This document shows, in pieces, positions 62,025-64,000 of a stretch of DNA of 64,000 nt. The stretch covers positions 22,960-86,959 of the forward strand of contig JAXMOL010000033.1 of the NCBI GenBank assembly GCA_034669905.1, given 5' to 3'. Positions within the stretch are counted from its first letter, which is position 1. Each line of letters starts with the position of its first letter. The notes under the pieces are model-generated. The model did no database searches, was not told where the DNA came from, and saw only the letters and a program-made list of their open reading frames with translations. Source of the stretch: Candidatus Hydrogenedentota bacterium. GTDB lineage: Bacteria; Hydrogenedentota; Hydrogenedentia; Hydrogenedentales; JAEUWI01. A program made the position numbers and the translations under genes.

Positions 62025-62300
62025 AACCACGAATGAACACGAATAAACACGAATTGAAAAAACGGGAATCGTTCCTCCCGGCCACCCAGTTGTAGCGAGG
62101 CTTCACTCCTCGCGCCGGAGTGTATACAGACCCTGATTTCAATACAATTGCTGCGATGTTAAGGCGTGATCTTTTGTGCTCATTGCGTTCTTTGTGGTTA
62201 CAACACGTTGAGAATCCAAGCATAGCGTATGAAATTTTAAACAAAGCTACGAATCGCCAATGAACGGCCTGTTCGTGTCGATTCGTGTTCATTCGTGGTT
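62025..62300. repeat. AT-richer insert bounded by inverted CACGAAT x3 arrays
   Basis: 62025-62053 matches the reverse complement of 62272-62300 at 27/29. Confidence 0.85.
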
Positions 62301-62362
62301 AAAATCTTCATTTGCGGTTTCAGATGGTCAACCAGTCAAGATCGCAGAAAGGTATAAGAACA

Positions 62363-63526
62363 ATGGATAATGTATACGTAGTATCCGCAAAGCGGACCGC
62401 AGTGGGTAAATCCGGACGGGGTACCCTCCAGCAGACCCGCCCCGACGATATGGCCGCCGTGGCCATCAAAGGCGCCGTGGAAGCGTCGGGCATTGACCCT
62501 TCGAAAATCGATGACGTCGTGCTGGGCTGTGCCACGCCCGAGGCCGAGCAGGGCATGAACGTCGCCCGTATCGCCCTCCTGCGCGCCGGCCTGCCCAAGT
62601 GCGTCAACGGTATGACCATCAACCGCTTCTGCTCCTCCGGCACCGAAGCCATGGCCGTGGCTGCCGCGAAGATTGAATGCGGTATGCTCGACGTCGCCGT
62701 GGCCGGTGGCACGGAATCCATGAGCCTCATCGGACCAGGCGGCAACAAGCCCAGCCCCAACCCGACCCTCGTGGAAGAGCTCCCCGAAATCTACATCGCC
62801 ATGGGCACCTGTGGCGACAACGTGGGCCGCGACTTCAACATCACCCGTGAAGAGGCCGACAAATGGGGCGCCCGCAGTCAGCAGCGCGCCGGGGCCGCCA
62901 TTGCCGCCGGAAAATTCAAAGAGGAAATCGTGCCCCTCGAAGTGAAGACCCCCGGTGGTGGCACCATCACCTTCGACACCGACGAAGGCCCACGACCCGA
63001 GACCACGCCCGAAGTGCTCGCGGGCCTGCGCCTGGCCTTCGCTGCATCGCCGAAGATGGGCGTGTGTACCGCCGGTAACTCCAGCCAGACCAGCGATGGT
63101 GCGGCGGCCTGCGTGCTGGCCAGTGGCGAAGCCGTGAAAGAACACGGACTCAAGCCCCTGGGCAAAATGCGCGCCTGGGTCGTCAAAGCCGGCGAACCCA
63201 AATACCTCGGGCCGCCCCAGATACCCGCGATTCACGCCGCCTGTAAAATGGCCGGCATTACCCCCGAAGACATCGGCCTCGTCGAATGCAACGAAGCCTT
63301 CGCCACCCAGACCATCCACGTCGTCCGCGAGATGGGCTTTTCGGAGGACATTGTCAACGTCAACGGCGGCGCCATCGCCCTGGGGCACCCCCTCGGCTGT
63401 ACCGGCGCGAAGTTGGCCGCCACCTTGCTGCACGAGATGAAGCGCAGCAAGATCAAATACGGCCTCGTGACCATGTGCATCGGCGGCGGCATGGGCGGCG
63501 CGGGGATTTTTGAGTTGTGTGAGTAG
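62363..63526 (+). CDS. fadA: Acetyl-CoA C-acyltransferase (thiolase)
   Basis: INRFCSSG, NEAFA, GGAIALGHPLG, MCIGGGMG. Confidence 0.93.
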   Translation: MDNVYVVSAKRTAVGKSGRGTLQQTRPDDMAAVAIKGAVEASGIDPSKIDDVVLGCATPEAEQGMNVARIALLRAGLPKCVNGMTINRFCSSGTEAMAVAAAKIECGMLDVAVAGGTESMSLIGPGGNKPSPNPTLVEELPEIYIAMGTCGDNVGRDFNITREEADKWGARSQQRAGAAIAAGKFKEEIVPLEVKTPGGGTITFDTDEGPRPETTPEVLAGLRLAFAASPKMGVCTAGNSSQTSDGAAACVLASGEAVKEHGLKPLGKMRAWVVKAGEPKYLGPPQIPAIHAACKMAGITPEDIGLVECNEAFATQTIHVVREMGFSEDIVNVNGGAIALGHPLGCTGAKLAATLLHEMKRSKIKYGLVTMCIGGGMGGAGIFELCE

Positions 63527-63561
63527 CCTGCGCTGAGAGGATAGGCTGGATTAAAAGTACG

Positions 63562-63597
63562 ACGCCCCGCTGGAGCTTTTCTGGCGGGGCGTTTTTA
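63562..63597 (+). terminator. Intrinsic terminator after fadA
   Basis: gacgccccgc...gcggggcgtt followed by T-run. Confidence 0.75.
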
Positions 63598-63642
63598 TAG
63601 TAGAAGCCCGGGTGTCTAAGGTGGTCCGCTTTTTTTTGGGGG

Positions 63643-64000
63643 GGTTGGTATCTATTGTTTCGAGTGCAACACATATCCCCTTCACCGTGCCACGCGATCC
63701 GGCTCCGCCGGTTCGTGTGCATGGAGCGACCATGACTGGATGGAAGGTAAAGTGTATTTGCTCGGGCGTGCCATTGGTAATAGACGTGCGGCTTGTGGAA
63801 GTATCCGTTGCAGACCAACGTAGTCGGTGAATCCACGCACACGAACCGGCAGGGCCGGATCGCGTGGCACGAGTAGTTTTTATTATTCTGGTGGAAGTCG
63901 GTGTGGATAAGGTGGTTGGTTATTCGTCTGGGTTGGTATCTATTGTTTCGAGTGCAACACATATCCCCTTCACCGTGCCACGCGATCCGGCTCCGCCGGT
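63643..64000. repeat. Direct repeat with 288-bp period whose unit contains a 39-bp inverted repeat; truncated by the window end
   Basis: 63643-63712 recurs at 63931-64000; 63687-63725 is inverted to 63832-63870. Confidence 0.85.

Noticed and set aside
59471..62050. Long antisense ORFs (also 4592-6412, 17774-19333, 42000-44252, 46765-48627, 7767-9434)
   Set aside because: Shadow frames opposite well-supported genes, expected in high-GC DNA; no recognisable motifs.

Overview
A GC-rich bacterial chromosomal window. The lineage is probably Hydrogenedentota/PVC-like; this is inferred from the (Gly-Glu)n-linker protein with a Cys-containing C-terminal sorting tail, the PEP-CTERM genes and the PQQ/ThuA/DUF1593-type secreted proteins. 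Housekeeping genes are ahcY, short-form leuA, thrS, uvrA, queA and a fadN-fadA pair. They are interleaved with secreted carbohydrate/redox proteins, a surface-glycan operon (epimerase, gmd, rmd-like, nucleotidyltransferase, GT9, asnB-like, GT87-like), one intact and one decayed toxin-antitoxin module, and an isolated pbfA-like phosphonate lyase. Signals not shown by the ORF track: (1) a complete leucine attenuator (Leu-rich leader peptide with protector, antiterminator and terminator) upstream of a leuA lacking its regulatory domain; (2) two PEP-CTERM paralogs sharing sigma-54 promoters and a conserved 5'-UTR motif; (3) a BrnT-like toxin C-terminal remnant; (4) a LexA-box-like palindrome before uvrA; (5) many families of intergenic inverted and short-period (7, 9, 10 nt) repeats. 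Unusual fusions include ECF sigma-ankyrin, Ser/Thr kinase-ELWxxDGT, degenerate thermonuclease-PDZ and TIM barrel-LamG-PQQ-cytochrome c. No rRNA, tRNA, CRISPR array or transposase was recognised. All family calls come from motif recognition by eye, not database searches.
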